DNA of 64,000 nt from Planctomycetota bacterium. GTDB taxonomy: Bacteria; Planctomycetota; GCA-002687715; DRQF01. The notes under the pieces are model-generated. The model was not told the origin of the DNA and searched no databases. It was given only the letters and a program-made list of their open reading frames with translations. The position numbers and the translations under genes were made by a program. The DNA lies in the NCBI GenBank assembly GCA_047639315.1, contig JBLINQ010000003.1, positions 10,452-74,451 on the forward strand, in the 5' to 3' direction. Positions within the stretch are counted from its first letter, which is position 1, and each line of letters begins with the position of its first letter. Below, piece after piece: positions 35,265 to 44,820 of this stretch.

Positions 35265-36848
35265 TCAATAATCCCAAAGCCCATCGATATTGAATTCACG
35301 CTGGTAATATTGTGAGTTTCCGTAGCTCACTTCCTTAAGCTCACCCACAGTCGGAATGGCCCTAAGCCACTGCCAGTCTGCAGTCGTGCTCTTATTCCAG
35401 AGCAAGAAAGCCCGCTTGAATTGACCTTTGTGTGGTTGGATGTTGCGCAGCGTATGACGCATGAATGTCGAGTTTGTAACCTGTGGTACCGTGACAAAGT
35501 TTCGGTAGAAGCGAGATGGCGACAAGCTGTCTGAGGTAAAGACGATGTCGCTGGCCGTGAACTCAACGTTCATATCCTCAGCGGCTCTCTTCTGGTCATG
35601 TTGACCCTTCCTGAGTTCTCGATACTCAAGCGCTTCGGCAACACCCAAAGCCCCAACGACGAGAGCCGCAAGTAAGAGAAGGAGGTCGCCTCGGAGCCTT
35701 AGCTGGTCCGCCCCATCTTTCAGCGCTCGCACTCCGACTCCGAAGAAGAATGCGAAGCCAGCCAAGCTGACGAGAGGCCAAAACTCGTGCATGGTCGCAT
35801 GGGTCCGGAAGACCACGCAAGGGAGAAGACCAGCCACGAGTAGCATGAGCCCTGGTCGCAAAATCTTGGTGCGCAACTCTGCAACCATCACTGCCGCGAG
35901 AAGGCCGACGCTCGACAAAACCAAAAACGGAATCGTGAGAGTATACGAAGCGTTTGTCCTTATGGCAGCCCACCACTCGGCCCATCCGACCTTGGCGATA
36001 AAGAGTTCTGTCTCGGTCTCGGGATCACGAATGCCGAGAGCACGAAAGAGTCCTTCGAGAGTCTCGCTTAGTCGGTCCCAACCACCATCGGCCCACAGCA
36101 ACCACCCAAACACGAGAGCAAAGGCAAACCCGAATGGTAGCCCGGCTTTAAGCGCCAATTGCAATTTGGATCGGATCGAGACGCGCGAGAAAACGATGTC
36201 CAAGAAAATAGCGGCACAGAGGAAATAACAGAACCAATCAAGGAGCCCGGCGATGAAGGCTATACCGACAAAGATCCACCACGAGGCGGACGTCTTCTCT
36301 CGTCGATACCGAAGCCAAGCCAACACGACTGGCACGAAGAAGGCCAAGCAGAACATCGGGATGTCGACCATCTTTCCGAACTGGAAAATCATCGGCAGGG
36401 AGGCAAACCCAAGAGTGGCTAAGGACCCAACCAATGGCCCCGCGAATCGCGCCAGTCCGAACCGCAAGATCAGCAAGTTTGCGATCAACGCGAACAGCAT
36501 CGGGAGCCGAAGAGCCCGCTCATCTTTGCCCAAGAAGCGATAGCAAGGATAGATGACGGCATAGATCGTTCCGGGATGATTCGTATAGGGAATAAAGAGG
36601 CCTTCACCGCTTGGATGAAATAGGAGCGGGCCTTGCATCCGCGAATCAAAGTAACCGAACTTGTCGATACCCTTGCAAGCATAGCCATAGTAGGCCCCGC
36701 TGTTGACGCCGCAATGAGAGTTGTCCCAGGGCTCGTCGAGCCAGGAGATGTGCGAGCCAAGAAGGATCAAGCAGAATAGAACAGTGAATGCGTCGACTAA
36801 GCGTTCCAACAAACGTGGAGATTGCCTCGGCGCCTCGTTCGTGCTCAT
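35265..36848 (-). CDS. polytopic membrane protein, GT-C fold glycosyltransferase (family 39/83, ArnT/PMT-like)
   Basis: There are more than 10 hydrophobic helices. A first-loop acidic motif WLDEPWD and YTNHPG resemble the DE and HPP motifs of PMT/ArnT-like enzymes. ATG at 36848 overlaps the upstream stop (TAATG). Confidence 0.6.
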   Translation of the reverse strand: MSTNEAPRQSPRLLERLVDAFTVLFCLILLGSHISWLDEPWDNSHCGVNSGAYYGYACKGIDKFGYFDSRMQGPLLFHPSGEGLFIPYTNHPGTIYAVIYPCYRFLGKDERALRLPMLFALIANLLILRFGLARFAGPLVGSLATLGFASLPMIFQFGKMVDIPMFCLAFFVPVVLAWLRYRREKTSASWWIFVGIAFIAGLLDWFCYFLCAAIFLDIVFSRVSIRSKLQLALKAGLPFGFAFALVFGWLLWADGGWDRLSETLEGLFRALGIRDPETETELFIAKVGWAEWWAAIRTNASYTLTIPFLVLSSVGLLAAVMVAELRTKILRPGLMLLVAGLLPCVVFRTHATMHEFWPLVSLAGFAFFFGVGVRALKDGADQLRLRGDLLLLLAALVVGALGVAEALEYRELRKGQHDQKRAAEDMNVEFTASDIVFTSDSLSPSRFYRNFVTVPQVTNSTFMRHTLRNIQPHKGQFKRAFLLWNKSTTADWQWLRAIPTVGELKEVSYGNSQYYQREFNIDGLWDY

Positions 36849-37351
36849 TAGCCCACGAATTTCCAGCTCAAGATTGATGCAATTATGACGAATACAAAGG
36901 CGGCACAATAAACCCAGAAATTGGGGCTCACAACACTTTCATCAAGCAAAGGCATTTGCGTTTCGCGAGACGTTTTTGGTCCGCGCGTTGGTTGGAATTG
37001 CTTGATCGCACGGGCAATCCCGTTTTCCGATTTTCCGCCCCCGTGTTCGGAGAAGCGAAAAAGGAGTCGGGGACCCTGTTGGCCGAGTGAAATCTCATCG
37101 CCATCTTGTATTGTGGCGCGCCGGACACCAGTGCCGTTGAGGTAAGTACCGTTCAGGCTGCCCATGTCGTAGAGGACAAAGCCATTTTCTTCGAGGCGTA
37201 TTTCGGCGTGATGAGAAGAGACCGTTGGGTCGAGAAATGGATCAAGTGAAACATCGTTACTCCGGCCGCGGCCAATAATGAGCGACTCGCGCTCAAAGGA
37301 TTCCTTGCAACCGCTTTTGCTTCCGGAAACATGGTCGATCATGACTTTCAT
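36848..37351 (-). CDS. FHA domain protein with C-terminal TM anchor
   Basis: The FHA domain reads LIIGRGRSNDVSLDPFLDPTVSSHHAEI ... DMGSLNGTYLNG. The C-terminal TM helix is FWVYCAAFVFVIIASILSW. Confidence 0.85.
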   Translation of the reverse strand: MKVMIDHVSGSKSGCKESFERESLIIGRGRSNDVSLDPFLDPTVSSHHAEIRLEENGFVLYDMGSLNGTYLNGTGVRRATIQDGDEISLGQQGPRLLFRFSEHGGGKSENGIARAIKQFQPTRGPKTSRETQMPLLDESVVSPNFWVYCAAFVFVIIASILSWKFVG

Positions 37352-37426
37352 ACTTGGCCCTCACAATAACAGTACAATATAGTACTCATACGTATTGTTT
37401 ATAGACAAGAGCTCATGAACTCGGGT

Positions 37427-39499
37427 CTATTCAACTTTTTCTTCGCCAATTTGAGCAATAAATTTTGCTTCGGCAATATTCTTCAAGCCATCAAATGCTT
37501 TGAAACGTAGTCGAATTCGCCACTCCCCATCCTCGCCGCCTGGCAGCGCGGTGACCACGCCCTGATTCTTAATGCCTTCCTCGCCTACTTTTAGCGGCGA
37601 GGATTGTCCGCCAGGACTGATGAGTTCAATCGAAACTAAGTCAGGTGGGACAACTTCTGCAATGTTAAAATCAAATCGGAAGGGGAGCTTCTTGACCACG
37701 CCATCTTTAGCATCAATCACAATACGGGCACTGTCACTCACAACTTGAATCTGAAACGCACGGCGTGTTTCTTTGCCGTATGAATCGCTCACTTTGATGA
37801 ATGGATCGGATTCAAGATGGACAGGCATTGACAGGTCAGTCGGTGACTTGTCCTTGGACTGTGACAGGGCGGTGCAACGTTCGAGCTCTAGTGACTCGAG
37901 GTCAATTCCCGACGGGTCTTGGATTCGCAGTCTTGCGTTGGGTGCCTTGCCCCAAAAAAAAACACGCTCTTCAGCAGGAATCTGGCGATCCTTATACCAA
38001 AGCGAAACGGCTGGGCTCTTGCCATCGTTCGGACCGAGCTGGGCAATGAGATTGAACGTGAGTTTCTTTGTCGTTGTGTTGCCAGCCTTATCTGTGGCCG
38101 TAATGCTGATGGCGCCTCCAGCTTCGACCTTCACATCATATTCGTGAAGCGAAATAAGGGTTTTCTTGCGCGAAACGCGCATCGAGCTTCTTGGCGTTGC
38201 TGTTGCTGAAGTTGCTTGAAGCTCGTCGTTGTCTTCGATTTTGATCGACCATTTTGAACCGCGTCTGGCATCAACTGGGCTCGCGATTTTGGGGTCGCTC
38301 TTCTGAGTGTCGATGACTTGGATCGTTGGAGGCACTTGATCGACGCGAATACGCACTTTTCCCAGCGAGAGTTGGCGATCGCCTTGATCAAGCATGATCT
38401 CTCCGATCCAAGTGCCATCGTTTCCTAGGTTGACAGCCGTCGCTTTGTGCCCATTGGACAGGGCCAACATTTTGTATTTTTGGTCTTTGGCATTCAGGAA
38501 GATTCTGTGTCCTTGCTCGTTATCTTTGAAAGCCAAGGCGATGTCGACGAGCGCTGAGCTGCTCCAACCAACCTGGCCGTTTGTGAGATCTTGCTCGCCA
38601 CACTTGATCGTCTCGATCTTGGGGGCGGGACGGCGCCACTTTCCGAAAGTGAATTCGAAACGGCTACTGTTTGAAGCCCAGTCTTCGGCGACGACGGCAT
38701 AGCGAGATGTGCCCGTGGAGCTATCGAAGGTGTGCTGAAAACGAGGATTCATTTCATTGATGAACTTCGTCTCTTTGCCGCTGCCTTGATCAATGAATGA
38801 CACCGAACGAACAAGGGTCTCGTCTTGAACAATGACGTCAATCTTCTCGTCGTGTTTCAAGCCTATTCGGCCGGCTTCGTCGAGTTCCACCAATCCTCGG
38901 CCTTCAATAAGGAAGCGGATCTGAGGCGGGCTGTTGTCGCGACGAAGTTGCACTTCGTAGTCTCGCTTGATGCCATTGCCAAGGACGGCAGAGACTCGGA
39001 TTTCTTCCGTTGCCGATTCTTTCGCGTCTGGAATCTTGATTTGGACTGAAGAGTTCTTGTCGTCAAGAGGTGAGCCGTTGATCTCTAATCCACTCAGGAT
39101 GTTCTTTTCGTTGGCTTTGGATTTCAAAGAGACGAGCAATTTTGTTGCGGCGGATGAACCAAGGATGAGGCCGCCACCAAGGGAGACCTTACTCAAGGAA
39201 ATGGAATCATCTGGACCCAAAGACAGCAATAGCGAGTTGTCGAGATGCGCGCGAGTGATTCGCGAGTGCATGGGGTCGAGTTTGTTCTTTTGCTTCTCTG
39301 AAAGAGAGCTCCGGTTTTCGGCCAAGACGTTAAGCCTTGCGATGAGGTCAGCCTCATTTTCCTTGGCTTTCTCGGCCTCAAAAAGACTCTCAAGCTCACT
39401 GGCATTTTGGCTCAGCGAAATGAGTGCCCAACCGCGCTGCCCGACAAGGAGCATCAACAGAAGTGCAATCACTTTGACGAGGGTGCTACTTTGAGTCAT
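37427..39499 (-). CDS. large secreted protein of unknown function (beta-rich, possibly Ig-like repeats)
   Basis: ATG at 39499. The signal/TM segment is LVKVIALLLMLLVGQRGWA. It is a 690-aa ORF co-directional with the kinase upstream and the FHA-TM gene downstream. Confidence 0.7.
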   Translation of the reverse strand: MTQSSTLVKVIALLLMLLVGQRGWALISLSQNASELESLFEAEKAKENEADLIARLNVLAENRSSLSEKQKNKLDPMHSRITRAHLDNSLLLSLGPDDSISLSKVSLGGGLILGSSAATKLLVSLKSKANEKNILSGLEINGSPLDDKNSSVQIKIPDAKESATEEIRVSAVLGNGIKRDYEVQLRRDNSPPQIRFLIEGRGLVELDEAGRIGLKHDEKIDVIVQDETLVRSVSFIDQGSGKETKFINEMNPRFQHTFDSSTGTSRYAVVAEDWASNSSRFEFTFGKWRRPAPKIETIKCGEQDLTNGQVGWSSSALVDIALAFKDNEQGHRIFLNAKDQKYKMLALSNGHKATAVNLGNDGTWIGEIMLDQGDRQLSLGKVRIRVDQVPPTIQVIDTQKSDPKIASPVDARRGSKWSIKIEDNDELQATSATATPRSSMRVSRKKTLISLHEYDVKVEAGGAISITATDKAGNTTTKKLTFNLIAQLGPNDGKSPAVSLWYKDRQIPAEERVFFWGKAPNARLRIQDPSGIDLESLELERCTALSQSKDKSPTDLSMPVHLESDPFIKVSDSYGKETRRAFQIQVVSDSARIVIDAKDGVVKKLPFRFDFNIAEVVPPDLVSIELISPGGQSSPLKVGEEGIKNQGVVTALPGGEDGEWRIRLRFKAFDGLKNIAEAKFIAQIGEEKVE

Positions 39500-39730
39500 T
39501 TCTTCTATCCAGCTTGGCTTCGCTTGGGTTGGTTCGCACCTTGATGCCACCACCAACCCCCCCAGAGTAATGAGAACTTAACATAAGTTCTTTGCTGTAG
39601 GTTGATTAGTAGCGAACATGACGCGAATCTTCGGTAAATTTGGCCACTTTTACTTGGGATCATCAAAGAGGATGACGTTGAGTTTGCAACCGACAGACCC
39701 ATCGATTCACGCCGATTGGTTTCGAGGAAA

Positions 39731-41596
39731 CTAATCTTGGCCACGCCTAAAGATGCGGTCCATCCAATTTCGTCGTTCCGGGCTTTCAGGCCCTTCAATC
39801 TCGGCTCCGGCTGATTCTTGTTCTGCCCTATGGTTCTTGCTGAAGCATTGATTAAAGGCCTCTAAGACTCGGGCGGCACTCTGAGGCCGTTTCTCGGGCT
39901 CTTTGTTTAAGAGCCAAACGATGATTTTTGCCAGGTATGGTGGCTCAAGATCGGGCTGGAGTTCTAAAACGTCGATTGGGCGCTCATTGACGTGGCGATA
40001 AGCCTGGGCCATATCCGATCCTTCGAACGGGCTCTCCGTCGTAATCATGGCGTAGAGCAAGCAGCCCAAGCTGTAGAGATCGCCGGCGACACTGCTCTCC
40101 ACCCCCAGGTGAGTTTCTGGGGCGAGCCAGGCAGATTGGGCGCCATGGGTGATCCGGCAATCGGCAGGACTTAGATTTGGATTTGACCCAACCCCAGCAA
40201 GCTTCACCATGTCAAACTCGTCCAGTAGAATACATTCCGGTGTGAGTCGTCCATGGCAAAGGCCACCCTTGTTGGCCTCAACCAGGGCATCCAAAATGCC
40301 CTGACCAATCTGCAAAATTTGCCCGGGCGCTAATGGCTTGCCAGCTTTCAGGGTTTCCGCCAGCGATGAGCCCTTGACCAATTCTAATGCGGCCCACGAA
40401 AAAGTCTTTGTGTCACCCCAGTCATAGATCTCCTGGATATTCTCATGCTTCAGATTCTTGGCGGCTTCAAAGGCATCCAGATGCATGGTTCGTAGGTTTT
40501 GATTGCCACAGAACACTTCGAGGGCAACTTCTTTCCCGGACTCGATGTCTCTTGCCAGCCAGGTCTCTCGGCCGTCCTCACTATTGGTGAGCCATTCCGT
40601 TCGGTAGGCACCAATTTCCATGCGTGGTTCGAGGACTGTTTGCGTGCGGCCGAGATTGGCGTCGAGACGACTAATTTGCCACTGTGAGAATTCTGTCGAT
40701 AGATTCTCCCCGGACTCGTGGCGCTTCCTGACGCGGTTGATGCAATCTTCGAGATCTGCCAAAGAGGGGCGCTCTGCCGGCTCTTTCGCCAAGCAGGCCA
40801 TAATGAGTTGGCACATCTCTTCTGGCACGCGCCGACTACTATTGTGGGATTCGAGCGGTGTTGGTTGTTCCTTGCGGACTCGGGAGACCTCGGCGAAGCT
40901 GGAGACCTGAATCGGCACTTCACCAGTCAACATCTCGTAAAGCATGACGCCCACGGCATAGACATCCATGCCAGGAACCAATTCTCCGCGGGTTTGCTCC
41001 GGTGAGACGTATTCAGGTTTGCCTAAGAAGGTCGGCATCTGGGTGACTGGTTGAGCTTCTTGTTCCAGGGACTTGCCAATACCGAAATCCAGGAAGTAAG
41101 CATGCACCTGGCGGTCGTCATCGCGCACGATCAAAATGTTCTCGGGAGAGAGGTCGCGGTGAAGGATTCCTTCCTTATGAATTCCGGCGAGCCCTTGGAC
41201 GAGTTCTTTGGCCAAGTGGAGGAATCGGGGCAATGACATACGGCCCGGTTCGTCATCGATAAGCGATCGCAGGGTGCGTCCAGATAGGTAGTCCATGGCA
41301 ATCCATGGCTGTTCTGAGGACATATCTGCATCGACGTAATTGACGACCTGCTTGCAGTTTTTGAGCCGCTCTAAGAGTTTTGCTTCGCGGGCAAAGCGAC
41401 GCAACTGGCGAGGCACTTCTTCATTGCTGTTCGGCCCGGCAATAGGATCCCACATCTTGATCGCCACCGGCGCGCCAGTCTTACGATCGAAAGCGCGAAA
41501 TAACCTGGAGAGACCACCTCCGTTGAGGGGCTCTTTGATTTCGAAACGGTCATTGATGACGACTTGAGTGTCGCTACTCAGCGGTGATTCTTCCAT
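39731..41596 (-). CDS. tandem Ser/Thr kinase: active N-terminal kinase domain plus C-terminal pseudokinase domain
   Basis: Domain 1 carries VAIKMW, HRDLSPENILI, DFGIGK and VSPEQ. Domain 2 is kinase-like but reads VALEVF (no beta-3 Lys), HGRLTPECILL (no catalytic Asp/Asn) and LAGVG (no DFG). Confidence 0.85.
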   Translation of the reverse strand: MEESPLSSDTQVVINDRFEIKEPLNGGGLSRLFRAFDRKTGAPVAIKMWDPIAGPNSNEEVPRQLRRFAREAKLLERLKNCKQVVNYVDADMSSEQPWIAMDYLSGRTLRSLIDDEPGRMSLPRFLHLAKELVQGLAGIHKEGILHRDLSPENILIVRDDDRQVHAYFLDFGIGKSLEQEAQPVTQMPTFLGKPEYVSPEQTRGELVPGMDVYAVGVMLYEMLTGEVPIQVSSFAEVSRVRKEQPTPLESHNSSRRVPEEMCQLIMACLAKEPAERPSLADLEDCINRVRKRHESGENLSTEFSQWQISRLDANLGRTQTVLEPRMEIGAYRTEWLTNSEDGRETWLARDIESGKEVALEVFCGNQNLRTMHLDAFEAAKNLKHENIQEIYDWGDTKTFSWAALELVKGSSLAETLKAGKPLAPGQILQIGQGILDALVEANKGGLCHGRLTPECILLDEFDMVKLAGVGSNPNLSPADCRITHGAQSAWLAPETHLGVESSVAGDLYSLGCLLYAMITTESPFEGSDMAQAYRHVNERPIDVLELQPDLEPPYLAKIIVWLLNKEPEKRPQSAARVLEAFNQCFSKNHRAEQESAGAEIEGPESPERRNWMDRIFRRGQD

Positions 41597-41755
41597 GCTG
41601 ATATCATAGAATAAACAGTCGATCTCTTGCTGCCGTCACAAAAGAAAGCCCGATTGGTCTAAAATATGCATCCAATGGAATGGAAGGCCGATTTGGCCGA
41701 AAAATAGCCAAATGGGCGTTACTTTCCGGTAACCAATAACTTGAGTCACATCTTC

Positions 41756-43501
41756 ATGAGCCGCACACTCTCGATTTCCATCCTGCTCCTCGCCTTATTC
41801 GTCGGCCAAACCCCAGCTCAGGTGCTGCCAGACATGGAATTTGTCGTCCGCGAGGCCGCCTATCATCTGCCGATCAATCGACTCGATCCCCACGTTGAAT
41901 TTTGGCTGCCTTGGGACCGGATCTTCAGCTGCATTTATGAGACGCCTTTGCGCTGTGATCCAGATTCCGATGTTTTGAGGCTCGAGCCCAAACTTTTGGT
42001 GACTTTGCCGACATTGAGTGACGATGGAACGCTGTTGAAGATGCAGTTCCGGAAAGACGTTCGTTTTGCCGACGACACATGTTTTGAGGGAGGTAAGGGG
42101 CGAGCAGTGACCGCCCATGATTTTGCCTTCGTATTGAAACGACACCTCGACCCTCGGACCAAGTCGCCCTACTACAACTCCTACTTGGCGGGTTCCCTCC
42201 TTGGTGCCCGGCGGGCCCGAGCCAAAGCCGAGAAAGAAGGCTTCTTCGACTATGACTTGGAGGTGCCTGGGATCAAAGTCATCGACGACTACAAGGTCGA
42301 ACTTCGATTCCTCAGGCCTTACTCTCGGTTTCCTTCGCTCATGACGATGACCTGGCTCTCGATCATGCCCTTCGAAGCAGTACGAAAGTATGGCAGTGGC
42401 ATGGCTTCGCGTCCGGTGGGCACAGGACCTTACCTCTATGATGATGAGGCAAGCACGGCCAGCAAACTCGTTTTCAAGAGAAACTCGAAGTACTGGAATG
42501 CAGCTTCCGGCGGTACCCAGTCACCACCATTGCCATGGAATGCGGGTGTCGAGTTCATCCATCTGACTGATGTGAAACTGCAGGAGAAGCGTTTTCTTGA
42601 TGGAGACCTTTCCGTTGTTGATCTTTATCCCATTCAAATGGGAAAATTCATCGATAAGCGCGGACGGTTGAAATCAAAGTCAGTGCCTAAGCGTACGCGG
42701 CTCGTTTCTGCCCAGGACGACAAGTTGCAATACATCGCCTTCAACATGACCAACAAGGTGTTGGGCAAGAAGAAGGTGCGGCAAGCTCTCTGCCTTGCCA
42801 TTGATCGAGACCGGGTCGTAAGCGAGTATTTCTCTCGCATGGGCGATGTCTCTGAACATATCTGCCCCCCAGCGATCCCGATCGAAGCGCCAGGTCCCTT
42901 GCCTTGGGAATATGGCAATCGAGACTTAGATCGCGCTCGCGCCCTCTTGGCCGAGGCCGGCTATCCGGGCGGCAAAGGGCTTCCTGAATTTGTGCTCGAA
43001 ACTACGTCCAAAGAAAAATGGGAAGAAGACCTGACGGTCGCTATCAAATCGGCGTGGGCAAAAATCGGCGTGCGCGTTCAGGTGCGCCTTCAAGATTACA
43101 ATGAGATGCTCGTCCGAATTCGGAAGGGGCTGCCACAAATCTCTATCAACTACTGGCAATCTGATTATCCCGACCCTGACAACTTCTTCATGATGTTGAC
43201 GCGGGCCTCCTGGCCAGCGCGCCAGAAGACGGCAGATTCCCCGAATGTTGGCTTCTATGAGAACCAGGAATACGAAAAGCTCTATCGCAAATCGATGAAG
43301 CTTCTCTCCGGCAAGAAACGTGGCAAGGTGTTTGCTGAAATGGTCGGCATCATCCAGGAAGACTGTCCCTGGGTCTTTCTGGGGCACAATCGCCAAGTGG
43401 CACTCACGGCCAGGGGCGTGCAGGGAATCTATACGCGCTCACGTTTCTCATCGTCCTACGCCCGGGTTCGGCGGGATGCGTCAAAAAACAAAAACCGATG
43501 A
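41756..43501 (+). CDS. ABC transporter substrate-binding protein, family 5 (peptide/nickel type), orphan
   Basis: The signal peptide is MSRTLSISILLLALFVGQTPAQ. VRFADDTCFEGGKGRAVTAHDFAFVLKRHLDP and a later YWQSDYPDPDNF fit SBP_bac_5 features. No permease or ATPase genes are adjacent. Confidence 0.75.
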   Translation: MSRTLSISILLLALFVGQTPAQVLPDMEFVVREAAYHLPINRLDPHVEFWLPWDRIFSCIYETPLRCDPDSDVLRLEPKLLVTLPTLSDDGTLLKMQFRKDVRFADDTCFEGGKGRAVTAHDFAFVLKRHLDPRTKSPYYNSYLAGSLLGARRARAKAEKEGFFDYDLEVPGIKVIDDYKVELRFLRPYSRFPSLMTMTWLSIMPFEAVRKYGSGMASRPVGTGPYLYDDEASTASKLVFKRNSKYWNAASGGTQSPPLPWNAGVEFIHLTDVKLQEKRFLDGDLSVVDLYPIQMGKFIDKRGRLKSKSVPKRTRLVSAQDDKLQYIAFNMTNKVLGKKKVRQALCLAIDRDRVVSEYFSRMGDVSEHICPPAIPIEAPGPLPWEYGNRDLDRARALLAEAGYPGGKGLPEFVLETTSKEKWEEDLTVAIKSAWAKIGVRVQVRLQDYNEMLVRIRKGLPQISINYWQSDYPDPDNFFMMLTRASWPARQKTADSPNVGFYENQEYEKLYRKSMKLLSGKKRGKVFAEMVGIIQEDCPWVFLGHNRQVALTARGVQGIYTRSRFSSSYARVRRDASKNKNR

Positions 43502-43571
43502 GTTAGTCTATCTGTATCACGACATAGGCTGTGCTTCCGCGCTCAGTACTTCTTGGGCCAGGAGAGCAGTC

Positions 43572-44786
43572 ATGAGGCGTCGATTTCTTGTTTTGATTGC
43601 GACTCTGGTCATAGCGCTAACGGCCCATAGCCAAGAGTCAAAGCCAGTGAAAGTCCCGGTCTTCGCTTCTCATCGCGCCCCCTTGCAACAGTCAAAAGAC
43701 AAAAGCTGGAAGGGGATGAAGGCCGAAGCCGGAGTCCTCAATCAGGGCAAGCTCGCCATCCTCTACAATCGTTTCGACGGTGCAGGTAAGTGGCTTCTCA
43801 GTCATTTGGGCGTCAAAGTTTTTGATGCCAACGGTCGCTTGCTCGCAGCCAAGATCCATCCCATTCCAAGGCGGGCTCCTTACCGCCTCGCTCTCGACTC
43901 GAGTCGTCATGGATGGCGCATTCTTCTGGGCAAGAAAATGTTCTTCTTGACCGCCGACGCCCGCATCGAACGGGAGCAGGTCGGCCCGTTTGACTTCTCG
44001 TCTTTGTTGCAAGTTGTGGACATATCCGCCGGTCGGATTGCTGTTGGGCATGAATTGAGCCACCCTTTTGTCGTGTTTGCTAAGTCAACGGCCAAGGGAA
44101 CGAAGAAGTTCAAGAGGATCTCACCCTCGAAGGACTCCAACTCGGCAAAACTCAAATGGCTGAATCAGGTCACCGTGCTTCCCGGGAGAGATGTCCTGCT
44201 CACCGGGTTCGTCCCTTTTGGTTCTGATGAAGGCTTCGTCATGGCATGGTTCGATGGCGAAGAAATGAAGCTGATCGACCAGCATCGACTCTCAGTCGAC
44301 CTGGTGAGCCGAAGGTCGCCTGTGGTTCTTCCCACCAAAGATGGCGTGAAATTGATTTGGCCTGGCTATGAAATACACGGGTGTTTCAGCAGCAGTAAAT
44401 TTCCGGGTGTGGCCGTCCGGTTCCGATTAGACCGCGACAAGAAGAAAATCGAGCAAGTCGGGATGGCTCTTAAGTTCACGGATAGCGCTCTCCATGCAAT
44501 GGTCCGCTTCGTGCGACGCCCTGAGGGCGGCTACTATTTGGCAGTTCCGGGCCCAGCCTCTTGGCTTACAGGTTTGGGGAGAATCGAACCAATCCTCTAT
44601 CCAATTGACGTCGGCATTTGGTCGCTCAACACCGAGAACGAGCTCAAGCAATTGGGCGTCGTGAGCCAACTCGACGCTCCTTACGCCATGGAATTTCTCC
44701 CCGCAAGAAAGGGCCAAGATGATAGCGCGGCCTTGCTGCGGCTCTGGGGTCACTCCGCCATTACCACGATCAAAGTCTCGCGATAG
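43572..44786 (+). CDS. secreted hypothetical protein
   Basis: ATG at 43572 is preceded by GGAGAG. The signal peptide is MRRRFLVLIATLVIALTAHSQ. The tracked ORF start at 43320 overlaps the SBP gene. Confidence 0.65.
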   Translation: MRRRFLVLIATLVIALTAHSQESKPVKVPVFASHRAPLQQSKDKSWKGMKAEAGVLNQGKLAILYNRFDGAGKWLLSHLGVKVFDANGRLLAAKIHPIPRRAPYRLALDSSRHGWRILLGKKMFFLTADARIEREQVGPFDFSSLLQVVDISAGRIAVGHELSHPFVVFAKSTAKGTKKFKRISPSKDSNSAKLKWLNQVTVLPGRDVLLTGFVPFGSDEGFVMAWFDGEEMKLIDQHRLSVDLVSRRSPVVLPTKDGVKLIWPGYEIHGCFSSSKFPGVAVRFRLDRDKKKIEQVGMALKFTDSALHAMVRFVRRPEGGYYLAVPGPASWLTGLGRIEPILYPIDVGIWSLNTENELKQLGVVSQLDAPYAMEFLPARKGQDDSAALLRLWGHSAITTIKVSR

Positions 44787-44820
44787 ATCCTCCTTTAGGG
44801 GCTGTATTTTCCTTCTTCAC

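Noticed and set aside
43320-43571. N-terminal extension of the tracked ORF 43320-44786
   Set aside because: It overlaps the SBP gene 3' end. The ATG at 43572 has an RBS and is followed directly by a signal peptide.
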